Positions 37,897 through 46,407 are shown, counted from the stretch's first letter. The stretch is 64,000 nucleotides of DNA from Lysobacteraceae bacterium (GCA_051859045.1 JBHYGK010000007.1:9724-73723); one strand, 5' to 3'. The notes: generated by a model not told the origin, from the letters alone. Translations and numbers: made by a program.

Positions 37897-38484
37897 ATGC
37901 CCGTCCAGCCCCGCGCCGCCGGCGCCCTCCTGCGGCCGCTGCTCCTCGCGCTCGCCCTGCTCGCCGCGCCCGCGGCCGCGCAGTCGGTGCTGCCGCCCGA
38001 GGAGGCCCCGCCGCCGCCCTCCGCGCTGCCGCCCGACGAGGCCCCGGCCGCCGCGCCGCCCTCGCCGATGAGCATGCTGTTCGAGGAGCCCGCCCCGCCG
38101 GTCGAGGTCGAGGCGCGCCCCGCCACGCCCGGCGCGCCGCCGGCCTGGCTGCGCGACGGCGTGATGGTCGACCGCCTCGCCCGCGGCCTCTACTTCTACG
38201 ACCGCGACACCCGCCCCGGCCGCAGCACCTGCTACCGCACCTGCCGCACGCTCTGGCCGCCGCTGTTCGCCGACGCCCACGCGCGCCCGAGCGGCGACTT
38301 CAGCGTGATCGAACGCAGCGACGGCACCCGCCAGTGGGCCTGGCAGGGCAAGCCGCTGTACCGCTGGGTCTCCGACCGGCGCTGGGGCCAGGCCGGCGGC
38401 GACCGGGTGTCCGACATCTGGACCCTCGTGCGCCCCACCGGCGCGGACGCCGCGGCGCTCGCGCCGTTCCCGGACGCGCCGTGA
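37897..38484 (+). CDS. secreted COG4315/PF03640-type repeat protein
   Basis: Signal peptide, Pro-rich linker, then the YFYDRD...STCYRTCRTLWPPL and RQWAWQGKPLYRWVSD motifs typical of the 'secreted repeat of unknown function' family, which is often found next to ECF sigma genes. Confidence 0.6.
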   Translation: MPVQPRAAGALLRPLLLALALLAAPAAAQSVLPPEEAPPPPSALPPDEAPAAAPPSPMSMLFEEPAPPVEVEARPATPGAPPAWLRDGVMVDRLARGLYFYDRDTRPGRSTCYRTCRTLWPPLFADAHARPSGDFSVIERSDGTRQWAWQGKPLYRWVSDRRWGQAGGDRVSDIWTLVRPTGADAAALAPFPDAP

Positions 38485-38555
38485 GCGACCCGGCGCCGCC
38501 GTCCATCCCGTCCCTCCACCGCCACCGACCCGCCACGCCACCCTGGGGATCCCGC

Positions 38556-39467
38556 ATGCCACGCACCCGCACCCGCCTCGCCCTCGCCCTCGCCTTCTTC
38601 GCGCCGCTCGCCGCCGCGCCCACCCTCGCGCTCGCCCAGGACGGCGAGGACGAGGCCAGCCTGCCCAACCGCGGCGGCAAGCTGCTGCTCACCGGCGGCG
38701 TCAGCCAGGTCGAGGGCGCCGGCGGCGGCGGCCTCACCCCCTGGGCCACGATCACCGGCCAGGGCACCCGCGACCAGGTCGGCGCGAACGCGTTCTACAC
38801 CCGCCTCGGCCTGCAGGACTATTCGCTCGACGTCGTCGGCGCCAGCGTCGGCCTGTACGACCGGGTCGAGTTCAGCGTCGCCCGCCAGCGCTTCGACACC
38901 GAGCGCGTCGGCGCCGCGCTGGGCCTGGGCCGCGGCTTCACCTTCGAGCAGGACGTCATCGGCGTGAAGGTGCGCCTGTTCGGCGACGCGGTGCTCGAGC
39001 AGGACGCCTGGCTGCCGCAGGTGGCGATCGGCGCGCAGCACAAGCGCAACGACCAGGCCGGCGTGCTGGCCTTCATCGGCGCCCGCGACGACAGCGACAC
39101 CGACCTCTACCTCAGCGCGACCAAGCTCTTCCTCGACCAGTCGCTGCTGCTCAGCGGCACCGCGCGCTACACCCGCGCCAACCAGGCCGGCATCCTCGGC
39201 TTCGGCGGCGACCTCAACGACGACCGCGAGTGGATGGCCGAGGCGTCCGCGGCGGTGCTCCTGCGCCGCGACCTCGCGGTCGGCGTGGAGTACCGGCAGA
39301 AGCCCGACAACCTCGGCATCGCCGGCGAGGACGACTGGATGGACGCCTTCATCGCCTGGCAGCCCACCCGCGGGGTCTCGCTGACCCTGGCCTGGGTGGA
39401 GCTCGGGAACATCGTCATCGCCGACGACCAGCGCGGCCTCTACCTCTCCCTGCAGGCCGGCTTCTGA
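38556..39467 (+). CDS. DUF3034-like outer-membrane protein
   Basis: Signal peptide MPRTRTRLALALAFFAPLAAAPTLALAQ, alternating beta-strand pattern, and C-terminal ...YLSLQAGF aromatic terminus. The GGGLTPWATI motif matches my recollection of DUF3034. Confidence 0.55.
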   Translation: MPRTRTRLALALAFFAPLAAAPTLALAQDGEDEASLPNRGGKLLLTGGVSQVEGAGGGGLTPWATITGQGTRDQVGANAFYTRLGLQDYSLDVVGASVGLYDRVEFSVARQRFDTERVGAALGLGRGFTFEQDVIGVKVRLFGDAVLEQDAWLPQVAIGAQHKRNDQAGVLAFIGARDDSDTDLYLSATKLFLDQSLLLSGTARYTRANQAGILGFGGDLNDDREWMAEASAAVLLRRDLAVGVEYRQKPDNLGIAGEDDWMDAFIAWQPTRGVSLTLAWVELGNIVIADDQRGLYLSLQAGF

Positions 39468-39499
39468 GCCGCGCCGCCCATCGCCCAAGGACCCCGACC

Positions 39500-40030
39500 A
39501 TGCCCGTTCGCCTCCGCCCCGCCCTGCTCGCCGCCGCCCTGCTCGCCGCCTCCGGCCACGCCGCGGCCCAGGCCGCCCCGCCCTCGCCCTCGCCCTGGAG
39601 CGCCGCCGCCGAGGCCCCGTCGACCGAACCGCGCGACCCGACCGCGCCCGACCCCGCGCCGGTGCGCGAGGACCTGCGCGAGACCTTCGAGGCCTTCGGC
39701 GGCAAGCCGGGCCTCGACGCGCTGATGGAGGAGTTCATGGCGGTGATGCTCGAGGACCCACGGATGCGGCCGTTCTTCGAGGCCGCCGACCAGGAGCGGG
39801 TGAAGGCGCAGCTCTCGCTGCAGTTCTGCGCGATCCTCGGCGGCGGCTGCACCTACGCCGGCCGCGACATGCGCTCCTCGCACGCCGAGCTCGGCATCAC
39901 CCGCGCCGACTTCAACGCGCTGGTGGAGGACCTGCAGATCGCGATGGAGCGCCGCGGCATCCCGTTCCGGCACCAGAACCGGCTGCTCGCCGTGCTCGCG
40001 CCGATGCACCGCGAGATCGTGACCCAGTGA
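39500..40030 (+). CDS. group 1 truncated hemoglobin (trHbN-like) with N-terminal signal peptide and Pro/Ala linker
   Basis: The C-terminal approx. 120 aa align without gaps to trHbN: FGG, PFF, LGG..Y.G..M...H (proximal His at aa 128), ITRADF. The N-terminus MPVRLRPALLAAALLAASGHAAAQA is signal-like. Confidence 0.85.
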   Translation: MPVRLRPALLAAALLAASGHAAAQAAPPSPSPWSAAAEAPSTEPRDPTAPDPAPVREDLRETFEAFGGKPGLDALMEEFMAVMLEDPRMRPFFEAADQERVKAQLSLQFCAILGGGCTYAGRDMRSSHAELGITRADFNALVEDLQIAMERRGIPFRHQNRLLAVLAPMHREIVTQ

Positions 40031-40073
40031 CGCGAGGCCCCGCCGGCGGCGCGTGCCGCCGGCGGGCGCGCCA

Positions 40074-40505
40074 TCAGGCCCCTCGGCGCGGCCCGAACCA
40101 GCGCGCGTCGAGCCGCCGGGCCAGCGCGCCCGGCGGCGTGTCGCGCAGGGCCAGGCCCAGCAGCACGCCGAGCCCGTTGGCCAGGGCGTCGGCGGGGTCG
40201 AACGCGCGGGTCGCGGTGAACTCGCCCTGCGCCACCTCCAGCCCGTAGCCCATCAGCATCAGCGCCGCGCCCGCCAGCGCCAGCGGGCGCACCCGCGCGA
40301 ACAGCTGCACCGCGCCGAACGCCAGCGCGGCGTAGGCCAGCACGTGCAGCAGCTTGTCGCTGCCGCTGGGCGCGGCGAGCGCGAGCGGCGGCGGCGCCAG
40401 CAGCGAGCCCGCCACGACGGCGCCGATCGCGAGCAGCCACAGGCCCAGCCACAGCGCGGGCCGGTGGAAGGCGTGCAGCCAGGGCCCCGCGGACGCCGGG
40501 CTCAC
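40074..40505 (-). CDS. VanZ family membrane protein
   Basis: GTG 40505 overlaps the upstream stop (GTGA). 143 aa with 4 TM helices and the DKLLHVLAYAALAFG motif typical of VanZ. Confidence 0.7.
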   Translation of the reverse strand: MSPASAGPWLHAFHRPALWLGLWLLAIGAVVAGSLLAPPPLALAAPSGSDKLLHVLAYAALAFGAVQLFARVRPLALAGAALMLMGYGLEVAQGEFTATRAFDPADALANGLGVLLGLALRDTPPGALARRLDARWFGPRRGA

Positions 40506-41701
40506 AGGCGGTCGCTCAGGTCGCCGAGGTCGAAGGCGCGGTCGAAATCGACGCCGCGCGCGAAGCCCATGGCCTGGAAGCGCTCGCCCATCTCGCCCGG
40601 CAGCGTCAGGCGCTTGACCTCGGCGTGGCGGCGGTGGCGCTCGACCTCGTCGTCGATCGCGGCGATCTCCTCGAGGCGCTGCGGCAGCCCGTTGCCGAAC
40701 AGGAAGCTGGCCTGCGAGCAGTAGCCCGAGAAGTCGAAGCCCGCGAAGTGCCCGGCCTCGACCAGCGCGGTGAAGTCGACGAAGGCGGTGAGGTCCTGCA
40801 GGCCCGGCAGGTGGAAGGGATCGGCGTGCGCGCGGTGGCGGTAGTGCGCCACCAGGGTGCCGCGGTCGCGCTCGGGCAGGTAGTACTCGCGGCGCGGGTA
40901 GCCGTAGTCCACGAACAGCAGCGCGCCGCGCTCGATCGGGCCGGCCACGGCCTGGATCCAGTACGGCAGCTGCGGCAGCAGCTCGCTGCGGTAGCCATCG
41001 GCGAAGGGCGCGCCCAGCGTGCGCTCGGCGTGGCGGACCGCGCGCTCGAGCATCGCGTCGGCGGGCAGGTCGAGGGTGGTGAAGCCGCCCGCGTCGTCGA
41101 GGCCCACGTGTTCCTCGTGCACCGCGCCGCCCACCAGCGTGAAGCGCGGGGTGGGCAGCGCGTCGACCACCTCGTTGGCGAACAGCGCGCCGCGCCAGGG
41201 CTCGCCCGGCGGGCCGTCGAGCCACTCCACCCGCGCCGCGAGGGCGGCCGGCAGCGCGGCGTGCAGGCGCGCGCGCTGGCGCTCGCGCAGGTCGGCGCTG
41301 GGCTCGAGGATGCGGTAGCGCGCGGGCACCACGCCGAGCTCGGCGAAGCGCCGCAGCGCGGCGTCGGCGAACGCGCCGCTGCCGCCGCCGAGCTCCACCA
41401 GGTCGGCCTGCGGGCCGCAGTCGCGCAGCACCGGGGCCAGCGCGTCGGCGACGCAGCGCGCGAACACCTCGCCCAGCTCCGGCGCGGTGACGAAGTCGCC
41501 CTCGGCGCCGAACTTGGTGCTGCCCGCGCTGTAGTAGCCCAGGCCGGGCGCGTACAGCGCCAGCTCCATGAAGCGCGAGAACGGGATCGGGCCGTTGGCC
41601 TGGATCTCGGCGCGGATCGCCGCGCGCAGGCGGCCGGAATGGGCCAGCGCGTCGGCGTCGGGGGTGGGGAGGGCGGTGTCGCGGGGGGCGTGGGCGGTCA
41701 T
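40502..41701 (-). CDS. class I SAM-dependent methyltransferase, DUF185/MidA (NDUFAF7-like) family
   Basis: 399 aa with FMELALYAPGLGYYS...GDFVTAPE, the SAM-binding LVELGGGSG, and FANEVVDALP. These motifs are characteristic of the COG1565 family. Confidence 0.8.
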   Translation of the reverse strand: MTAHAPRDTALPTPDADALAHSGRLRAAIRAEIQANGPIPFSRFMELALYAPGLGYYSAGSTKFGAEGDFVTAPELGEVFARCVADALAPVLRDCGPQADLVELGGGSGAFADAALRRFAELGVVPARYRILEPSADLRERQRARLHAALPAALAARVEWLDGPPGEPWRGALFANEVVDALPTPRFTLVGGAVHEEHVGLDDAGGFTTLDLPADAMLERAVRHAERTLGAPFADGYRSELLPQLPYWIQAVAGPIERGALLFVDYGYPRREYYLPERDRGTLVAHYRHRAHADPFHLPGLQDLTAFVDFTALVEAGHFAGFDFSGYCSQASFLFGNGLPQRLEEIAAIDDEVERHRRHAEVKRLTLPGEMGERFQAMGFARGVDFDRAFDLGDLSDRL

Positions 41702-41732
41702 GCGGGGCTCGGTGGGGCGGGACGCGGCCGCG

Positions 41733-41796
41733 ATGCGGCGCGGTCGTGAGGCGGCGCGGTCGTGATGCGGCACGGTCGTGATGCGGCGTGGATGCG
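41733..41796. repeat. four tandem 16-bp direct repeats in a divergent intergenic region
   Basis: ATGCGGCGCGGTCGTG / AGGCGGCGCGGTCGTG / ATGCGGCACGGTCGTG / ATGCGGCGTGGATGCG (the last is degenerate), head to tail. They lie 32 nt upstream of the methyltransferase ATG on the minus strand and 68 nt upstream of the SDR ATG on the plus strand. Confidence 0.85.
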
Positions 41797-41863
41797 GAGG
41801 CGTGCAGGATAGCGGCATCCCGCGCGCCGCACCCGGCGCCACCCGCCCTGCCCCGGAGCCGCC

Positions 41864-42610
41864 ATGTCCCCGTCCCCGCCGCGCCCCGTCGCCCTCGTCA
41901 CCGGCAGCGCCAAGCGCGTCGGCGCGGCAATCGCCCGCACCCTGCACGCCGCCGGGCACGACCTGGCCCTGCAGTACCGCCACTCCGAGGCCGAGGCGCT
42001 GGCGCTGGCCGCAGAGCTCGAGGCCGCGCGCCCCGGCAGCGTGCTCGCGCTGCGCGACCCGCTGCTCGAGCCCGCGGCGATGGCCGCGCTGGTCGAGGCC
42101 GTGGTGGCCCGCTTCGGGCGGCTGGACGCGCTGGTCAACAACGCCTCTGCCTTCTACCGCACGCCGATCGGCCACGCGACGGCCGAGCACTGGGACGAGC
42201 TGTTCGGCGCCAACGCCCGCGCGCCGTTCTTCCTGGCCCAGGCCGCGGCGCCGCACCTGCGCGCGGCCCGCGGCGCGATCGTCAACCTCACCGACATCCA
42301 CGCCGCCCGGCCGCCCAAGGGCCTCAACGTCTACGCGATGAGCAAGGCCGCGCTGGTGGCGATGACCCGCGCGCTGGCGGTGGAGCTGGCGCCGGAGGTG
42401 CGGGTCAACGCCGTCGCGCCCGGCGCGATCCTGTGGCCCGAGGAGGGCATGGCCGAGGCCGCGCAGGCCGCGATCCTGGCCCGGGTGCCGCTGGGCCGCA
42501 CCGGCACGCCCGAGGAGATCGCCGAGGCCGTGCGCTGGCTGCTGCGCGACGCCACCTACCTCACCGGCGCCGAGCTGGCCCTGGACGGCGGCCGCAGCGT
42601 GCTCTCCTGA
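41864..42610 (+). CDS. pteridine reductase-like short-chain dehydrogenase (FolM/PTR1 type)
   Basis: GGAG RBS. TGSAKRVG cofactor motif (characteristic of pteridine reductases rather than the classical TGxxxGIG), NNAS, YxxxK (YAMSKAAL), and C-terminal YLTGAELALDGG. Confidence 0.75.
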   Translation: MSPSPPRPVALVTGSAKRVGAAIARTLHAAGHDLALQYRHSEAEALALAAELEAARPGSVLALRDPLLEPAAMAALVEAVVARFGRLDALVNNASAFYRTPIGHATAEHWDELFGANARAPFFLAQAAAPHLRAARGAIVNLTDIHAARPPKGLNVYAMSKAALVAMTRALAVELAPEVRVNAVAPGAILWPEEGMAEAAQAAILARVPLGRTGTPEEIAEAVRWLLRDATYLTGAELALDGGRSVLS

Positions 42611-42671
42611 GGCGCCGCGGCCGGGAGGGCGCGGCGGGCTAGACTGGCCCTCCCGCCGACAGGAGCCGCCG

Positions 42672-43439
42672 ATGCCCCGCGCACGCCCGCCCGTCCCCCG
42701 CCGCGACGACGCGCCGCCCCGGCCCGCCTCGACCGAGATCGTGCCCGTGCGGGTGACGCCCGAGTCCGCGGCCTCGCGCTCGATCACCGAGGCCCTGCTG
42801 GACCTGCTCGGCCAGCTGCCCGGCAGCCACGAGGCCGCCGCCAGCGATCCCGCCGCGCGCGCGCAGGCGATCGCCGAGGCCGCCGCGCGCCGCGCCGGCC
42901 TGGTCGCGGGCACGCTCGCGCTGCCGCCCGGCCCGCTGGGCTGGCTGACCGTGCTGCCCGAACTGGTGGCGATCTGGCGGATCCAGGCCCAGATGGTGGC
43001 CGACATCGCCGGCTGCCACGGCCAGGCCTGGCGGCTGACCCGCGAGCAGATGCTGTTCTGCCTGTTCCGCCACACCGCGGCCCAGGCCTTCCGCGACTTC
43101 GCGGTCCGCGCCGGGCAGCGCTGGATCGTGCAGGCCGCCGCCGCCGGCGCGTTCCGCGGCGCGCTGACGGTGATCGGGATCAAGCTCAGCAAGCGCGCGC
43201 TGGGCCGCGGCGCGGCGCGCTGGCTGCCGGTCATCGGCGCGGTGGGCGTGGGCGCCTACGCCTGGTACGACACCCGCCAGGTGGCGCGCACCGCGCAGGC
43301 GCTGTTCGCGGGCGATGCGGCCGCCGCGCTCGCGGACGACCGCGGCGACGCGCACGCGACGATCGACGGGGACGCCGAGGTCGCCGACGGAGGCGCGGGC
43401 CATGCCCGCGCCTCCGCCCGGGCTCACTTGCGGCGGTAG
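42672..43439 (+). CDS. EcsC-like family protein
   Basis: 255 aa. The central segment (GLVAGTLALPPGPLGWLTVLPELVAIWRIQAQMVADIAGCHG) resembles the EcsC family core. Assignment is from memory only. Confidence 0.45.
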   Translation: MPRARPPVPRRDDAPPRPASTEIVPVRVTPESAASRSITEALLDLLGQLPGSHEAAASDPAARAQAIAEAAARRAGLVAGTLALPPGPLGWLTVLPELVAIWRIQAQMVADIAGCHGQAWRLTREQMLFCLFRHTAAQAFRDFAVRAGQRWIVQAAAAGAFRGALTVIGIKLSKRALGRGAARWLPVIGAVGVGAYAWYDTRQVARTAQALFAGDAAAALADDRGDAHATIDGDAEVADGGAGHARASARAHLRR

Positions 43440-44266
43440 GCCGCCTCGAGCACGCCGCCCTCGAAGCCGGCCGGGGCCTCGCCCAGCGTGGCGTAGCGGT
43501 ACAGCGCCGCGGCGTAGATGCCGCCCAGCGCCTGCTGCACCAGCGCGACCATCACCAGCGCCAGCGCCAGCACCACGCCGGCCGCGATCCCCGCCGCCAC
43601 GCCGCCCGCGTTGGCCGCCAGCACGATCAGCGCGAGGCCGGCCACGACCACCGCGACGCTGATCAGGCCGAACACCAGGCCGATGCCGCCGTTGCCGACG
43701 ATGTTCTCGCCCCAGGTGCGCTTGAGCAGCGACGCGCTCTCCTTCACCGCGTCGATCGGGCCGACGTTCTTCGCCACCAGCACCGGCACCACCAGCGCGG
43801 TGGCCAGCGTCCAGGCCATGCCGACCAGGCTCACGACGATCCGGCCGGCCCAGCCCGCGTGCTCCTGGATCGCCCGCAGCACCATGCCGACCGTGGCCGC
43901 GATCACCGCGTAGCCCAGGATCGCCGGCAGCCGCTCGCGCGCGATCCGCAGGCCGTCGCCCAGGGTCGGGTCGCCGCCGTCGAGGCGGATCATCGCCGCG
44001 CCCACCAGCGCGGTGTTGAAGAAGAAGATCACCGTGTACTGGCAGACGTAGAACGCGAAGCCCAGCAGCACGTGCAGCGGGCCGAACGCGCCCTTCGAGG
44101 CCGACTCGACGAGGCCCAGGCCGAACAGCGGCAGCGCGAACGTGGCCGCGACCAGCAGGGTGGCCAGGCCGGAGACCAGCGGGAACACCAGCAGCTCGCG
44201 GTCGGACTTCAGCACCTCGGCGCTGGCCTTCACCAGCGTCCAGCTGCGCGACAGGGTCTGGAACAT
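43424..44266 (-). CDS. DUF6159-like polytopic membrane protein
   Basis: Start ATG 44266. The N-terminus MFQTLSRSWTLVKASAEVLKSDRELLVFPLVSG and 6 TM helices fit the DUF6159 pattern. The 3' end overlaps the convergent EcsC-like gene by 16 nt. Confidence 0.6.
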   Translation of the reverse strand: MFQTLSRSWTLVKASAEVLKSDRELLVFPLVSGLATLLVAATFALPLFGLGLVESASKGAFGPLHVLLGFAFYVCQYTVIFFFNTALVGAAMIRLDGGDPTLGDGLRIARERLPAILGYAVIAATVGMVLRAIQEHAGWAGRIVVSLVGMAWTLATALVVPVLVAKNVGPIDAVKESASLLKRTWGENIVGNGGIGLVFGLISVAVVVAGLALIVLAANAGGVAAGIAAGVVLALALVMVALVQQALGGIYAAALYRYATLGEAPAGFEGGVLEAAYRRK

Positions 44267-44382
44267 GCGGCGGGCCCTCCCCGGGCGGTGGATGTGCGGG
44301 GAGTGTGGGGCGCAGTGGCGAGCGGGGGGAGTCCCGGAGGTCACCCCGGCCGCGCGGCCGACGGCCGGCCGGGGGCGGCGCC

Positions 44383-44871
44383 TCAGAGCGCCCAGGGCTC
44401 CGCGGGGATCGGCGCGCCGGCCTGCGGATGCGCCGCCCACAGCGCGGCCAGGGGGCGCCGCTCGACCGGATCGACGAAGCCCGGGCAGAGCTCGGCCAGC
44501 GGCTGCAGCACGAAGGCATGGCGCAGCTCCGGGCGCGGCAGCTGCAGGTTCCCGGGGCCGCGCATCACCACGTCGTCGTAGTAGACGAGGTCGATATCGA
44601 GGGTGCGGCTGGAGAAGCGCGGGCCGCCGCGGACCCGGCCGTGGGCGTCCTCGAGCGCGTGCAGCCAGGCGTCGAGCGCCACCGGGTCGAGGTCGGCCTC
44701 GAGCACGGCGCCGGCATTGAGGAAGTCCGGGCCCTCGAAGCCCTCGGCCGGGGTGCGCAGCACGGCCGAGAAGCGCACGCCGGGGAAGCGCGCGCGCAGG
44801 TCGACGGCCGCGGCGCGCAGGTGGCGCTCGGGCGCCAGGTTCGAGCCGAGGCTCAGCAGGGCCAGGCCCAT
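44383..44871 (-). CDS. folK: 2-amino-4-hydroxy-6-hydroxymethyldihydropteridine diphosphokinase
   Basis: LSLGSNL N-terminus, RTLDIDLV motif, and LQLPRPEL...HAFVLQPLAEL. There is a 1-nt overlap (TGATG) with folB. Confidence 0.9.
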   Translation of the reverse strand: MGLALLSLGSNLAPERHLRAAAVDLRARFPGVRFSAVLRTPAEGFEGPDFLNAGAVLEADLDPVALDAWLHALEDAHGRVRGGPRFSSRTLDIDLVYYDDVVMRGPGNLQLPRPELRHAFVLQPLAELCPGFVDPVERRPLAALWAAHPQAGAPIPAEPWAL

Positions 44872-45260
44872 CAGACGTCCGGGGCGGCGTTGGCCGGGGC
44901 GGGCGCAGGCGCCGCCGCGCGCTCGATGATCACGCCCACCGCGCGCGCGCCGCGCACGGCGCCGGGCTTGCTCAGCTTCAGCCGCAGGTGGCGGACCGGG
45001 AACTCGGCCAGCACGATCTCGGCGCAGCGCTCGGCCAGCGTCTCGACCAGGCCGAAGTCGGAGGCCTGCACGAAGCCCGTCAGGCGCTTGCTCACGGCCT
45101 TGTAGTCCAGCGTCAGCGCGATGTCGTCGCTGGCCGCGGGCACGCGGTTGTCGAAGCCCATCTCCAGGTCGAACACCAGGGTCTGGCGGATCCGGCGCTC
45201 CCAGTCGTAGATGCCGATCAGGGCGTCGATCTCGAGCCCTTCGATGAAGACCTTGTCCAA
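44871..45260 (-). CDS. folB: dihydroneopterin aldolase
   Basis: [26 protein letters not shown]...DLEM...DYKAV pattern typical of FolB. Confidence 0.9.
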   Translation of the reverse strand: MDKVFIEGLEIDALIGIYDWERRIRQTLVFDLEMGFDNRVPAASDDIALTLDYKAVSKRLTGFVQASDFGLVETLAERCAEIVLAEFPVRHLRLKLSKPGAVRGARAVGVIIERAAAPAPAPANAAPDV

Positions 45261-45282
45261 GCGCGTGCTCCGGGGTGGGGGC

Positions 45283-46311
45283 TCAGGCGGCGGACGCCGC
45301 GAGGGGCGGCAAGGTTGCCATGTCCCAGCGTGGCGCGACGGTGACGGCCTCGCCCTCGCGCTGGCCGGCCTGCAGGCGCAGCGCGCCGGCGAAGGCGATC
45401 ATCGCGCCGTTGTCGGTGCAGAACTCCGGGCGCGGGAAGCACACCCGCACCCCGCGGCGATCCGCCAGCTCGGCCAGGCGCCCGCGCAGGCGGACGTTCG
45501 CGCCGACGCCGCCGGCCACCACCAGGGTCCGCGCGCCGGCCTCGCGCAGCGCGCGCTCGCACTTGATCGCCAGGGTGTCGGCCACCGCCTCCTCGAAGCC
45601 CCGGGCGATGTCGGCCATGGCCTGCGGCGACTGGTCGGAGGCCTTCCAGGCCAGCAGCACCTGGGTCTTGAGGCCGGAGAAACTGAAGTCCAGGCCCGGG
45701 CGGTCGGTCATCGGGCGCGAGAAGACGTGGGCGCCGGGGCGGCCGTCGCGGGCCGCCGCGGCCAGGCGCGGACCGCCGGGGTAGGGCAGGCCCATCAGCT
45801 TGGCGGTCTTGTCGAAGGCCTCGCCGGCGGCGTCGTCCAGCGTCTCGCCGAGCAGCCGGTAGGCGCCGATCGCGTCCACCGCCACCAGCTGGGTGTGCCC
45901 GCCGGACACCAGCAGGGCCACGAAGGGCGGCGCGGGCGGGTCGGCCTCCATCAGCGGGGCCAGCAGGTGGCCCTCCATGTGGTGCACGCCCACCGACGGG
46001 ATCCCGAGCGACCAGGCCAGCGCCCGGCCGACGCCGGCGCCGACCAGCAGCGCGCCCACCAGGCCCGGGCCCGAGGTGTAGGCCACGCCGCCGAGCTGGC
46101 CGAGCCCGACCCCGGCCTCGGCCAGCACCTGGCGGGCCAGCGGCAGCACCCGGCGCACGTGGTCGCGGCTGGCGAGCTCGGGCACCACGCCGCCGTAGTG
46201 GGCGTGCAGGGCCACCTGGGTGTGCAGGGCGTGGGCGAGCAGGCCGCGGCCGGTGTCGTAGACGGCCAGGCCGGTCTCGTCGCAGGAGGTCTCGATGCCG
46301 AGGACGATCAT
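45283..46311 (-). CDS. tsaD: tRNA N6-adenosine threonylcarbamoyltransferase
   Basis: Start ATG 46311 ([14 protein letters not shown]). HMEGH metal motif, [13 protein letters not shown]. tsaD is divergent from rpsU, as in many gammaproteobacteria. Confidence 0.95.
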   Translation of the reverse strand: MIVLGIETSCDETGLAVYDTGRGLLAHALHTQVALHAHYGGVVPELASRDHVRRVLPLARQVLAEAGVGLGQLGGVAYTSGPGLVGALLVGAGVGRALAWSLGIPSVGVHHMEGHLLAPLMEADPPAPPFVALLVSGGHTQLVAVDAIGAYRLLGETLDDAAGEAFDKTAKLMGLPYPGGPRLAAAARDGRPGAHVFSRPMTDRPGLDFSFSGLKTQVLLAWKASDQSPQAMADIARGFEEAVADTLAIKCERALREAGARTLVVAGGVGANVRLRGRLAELADRRGVRVCFPRPEFCTDNGAMIAFAGALRLQAGQREGEAVTVAPRWDMATLPPLAASAA

Positions 46312-46407
46312 GGGCGCGTGGGGGCTCCGGGCGGGCGGTCTGGCGGGCGTGGGGGCGGGGCGACGCGCCGGCGGCGGGCGCCCCGGACGGGCGGACGCGC
46401 CATCGGC

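Noticed and set aside
41698-42141. ORF on the minus strand covering the 16-bp repeat array. There is also an in-frame upstream extension of the methyltransferase showing a repeated 'AASRP'.
   Set aside because: The repeat period (16) is not a multiple of 3 and the composition is shadow-like. The methyltransferase homology begins at ATG 41701.
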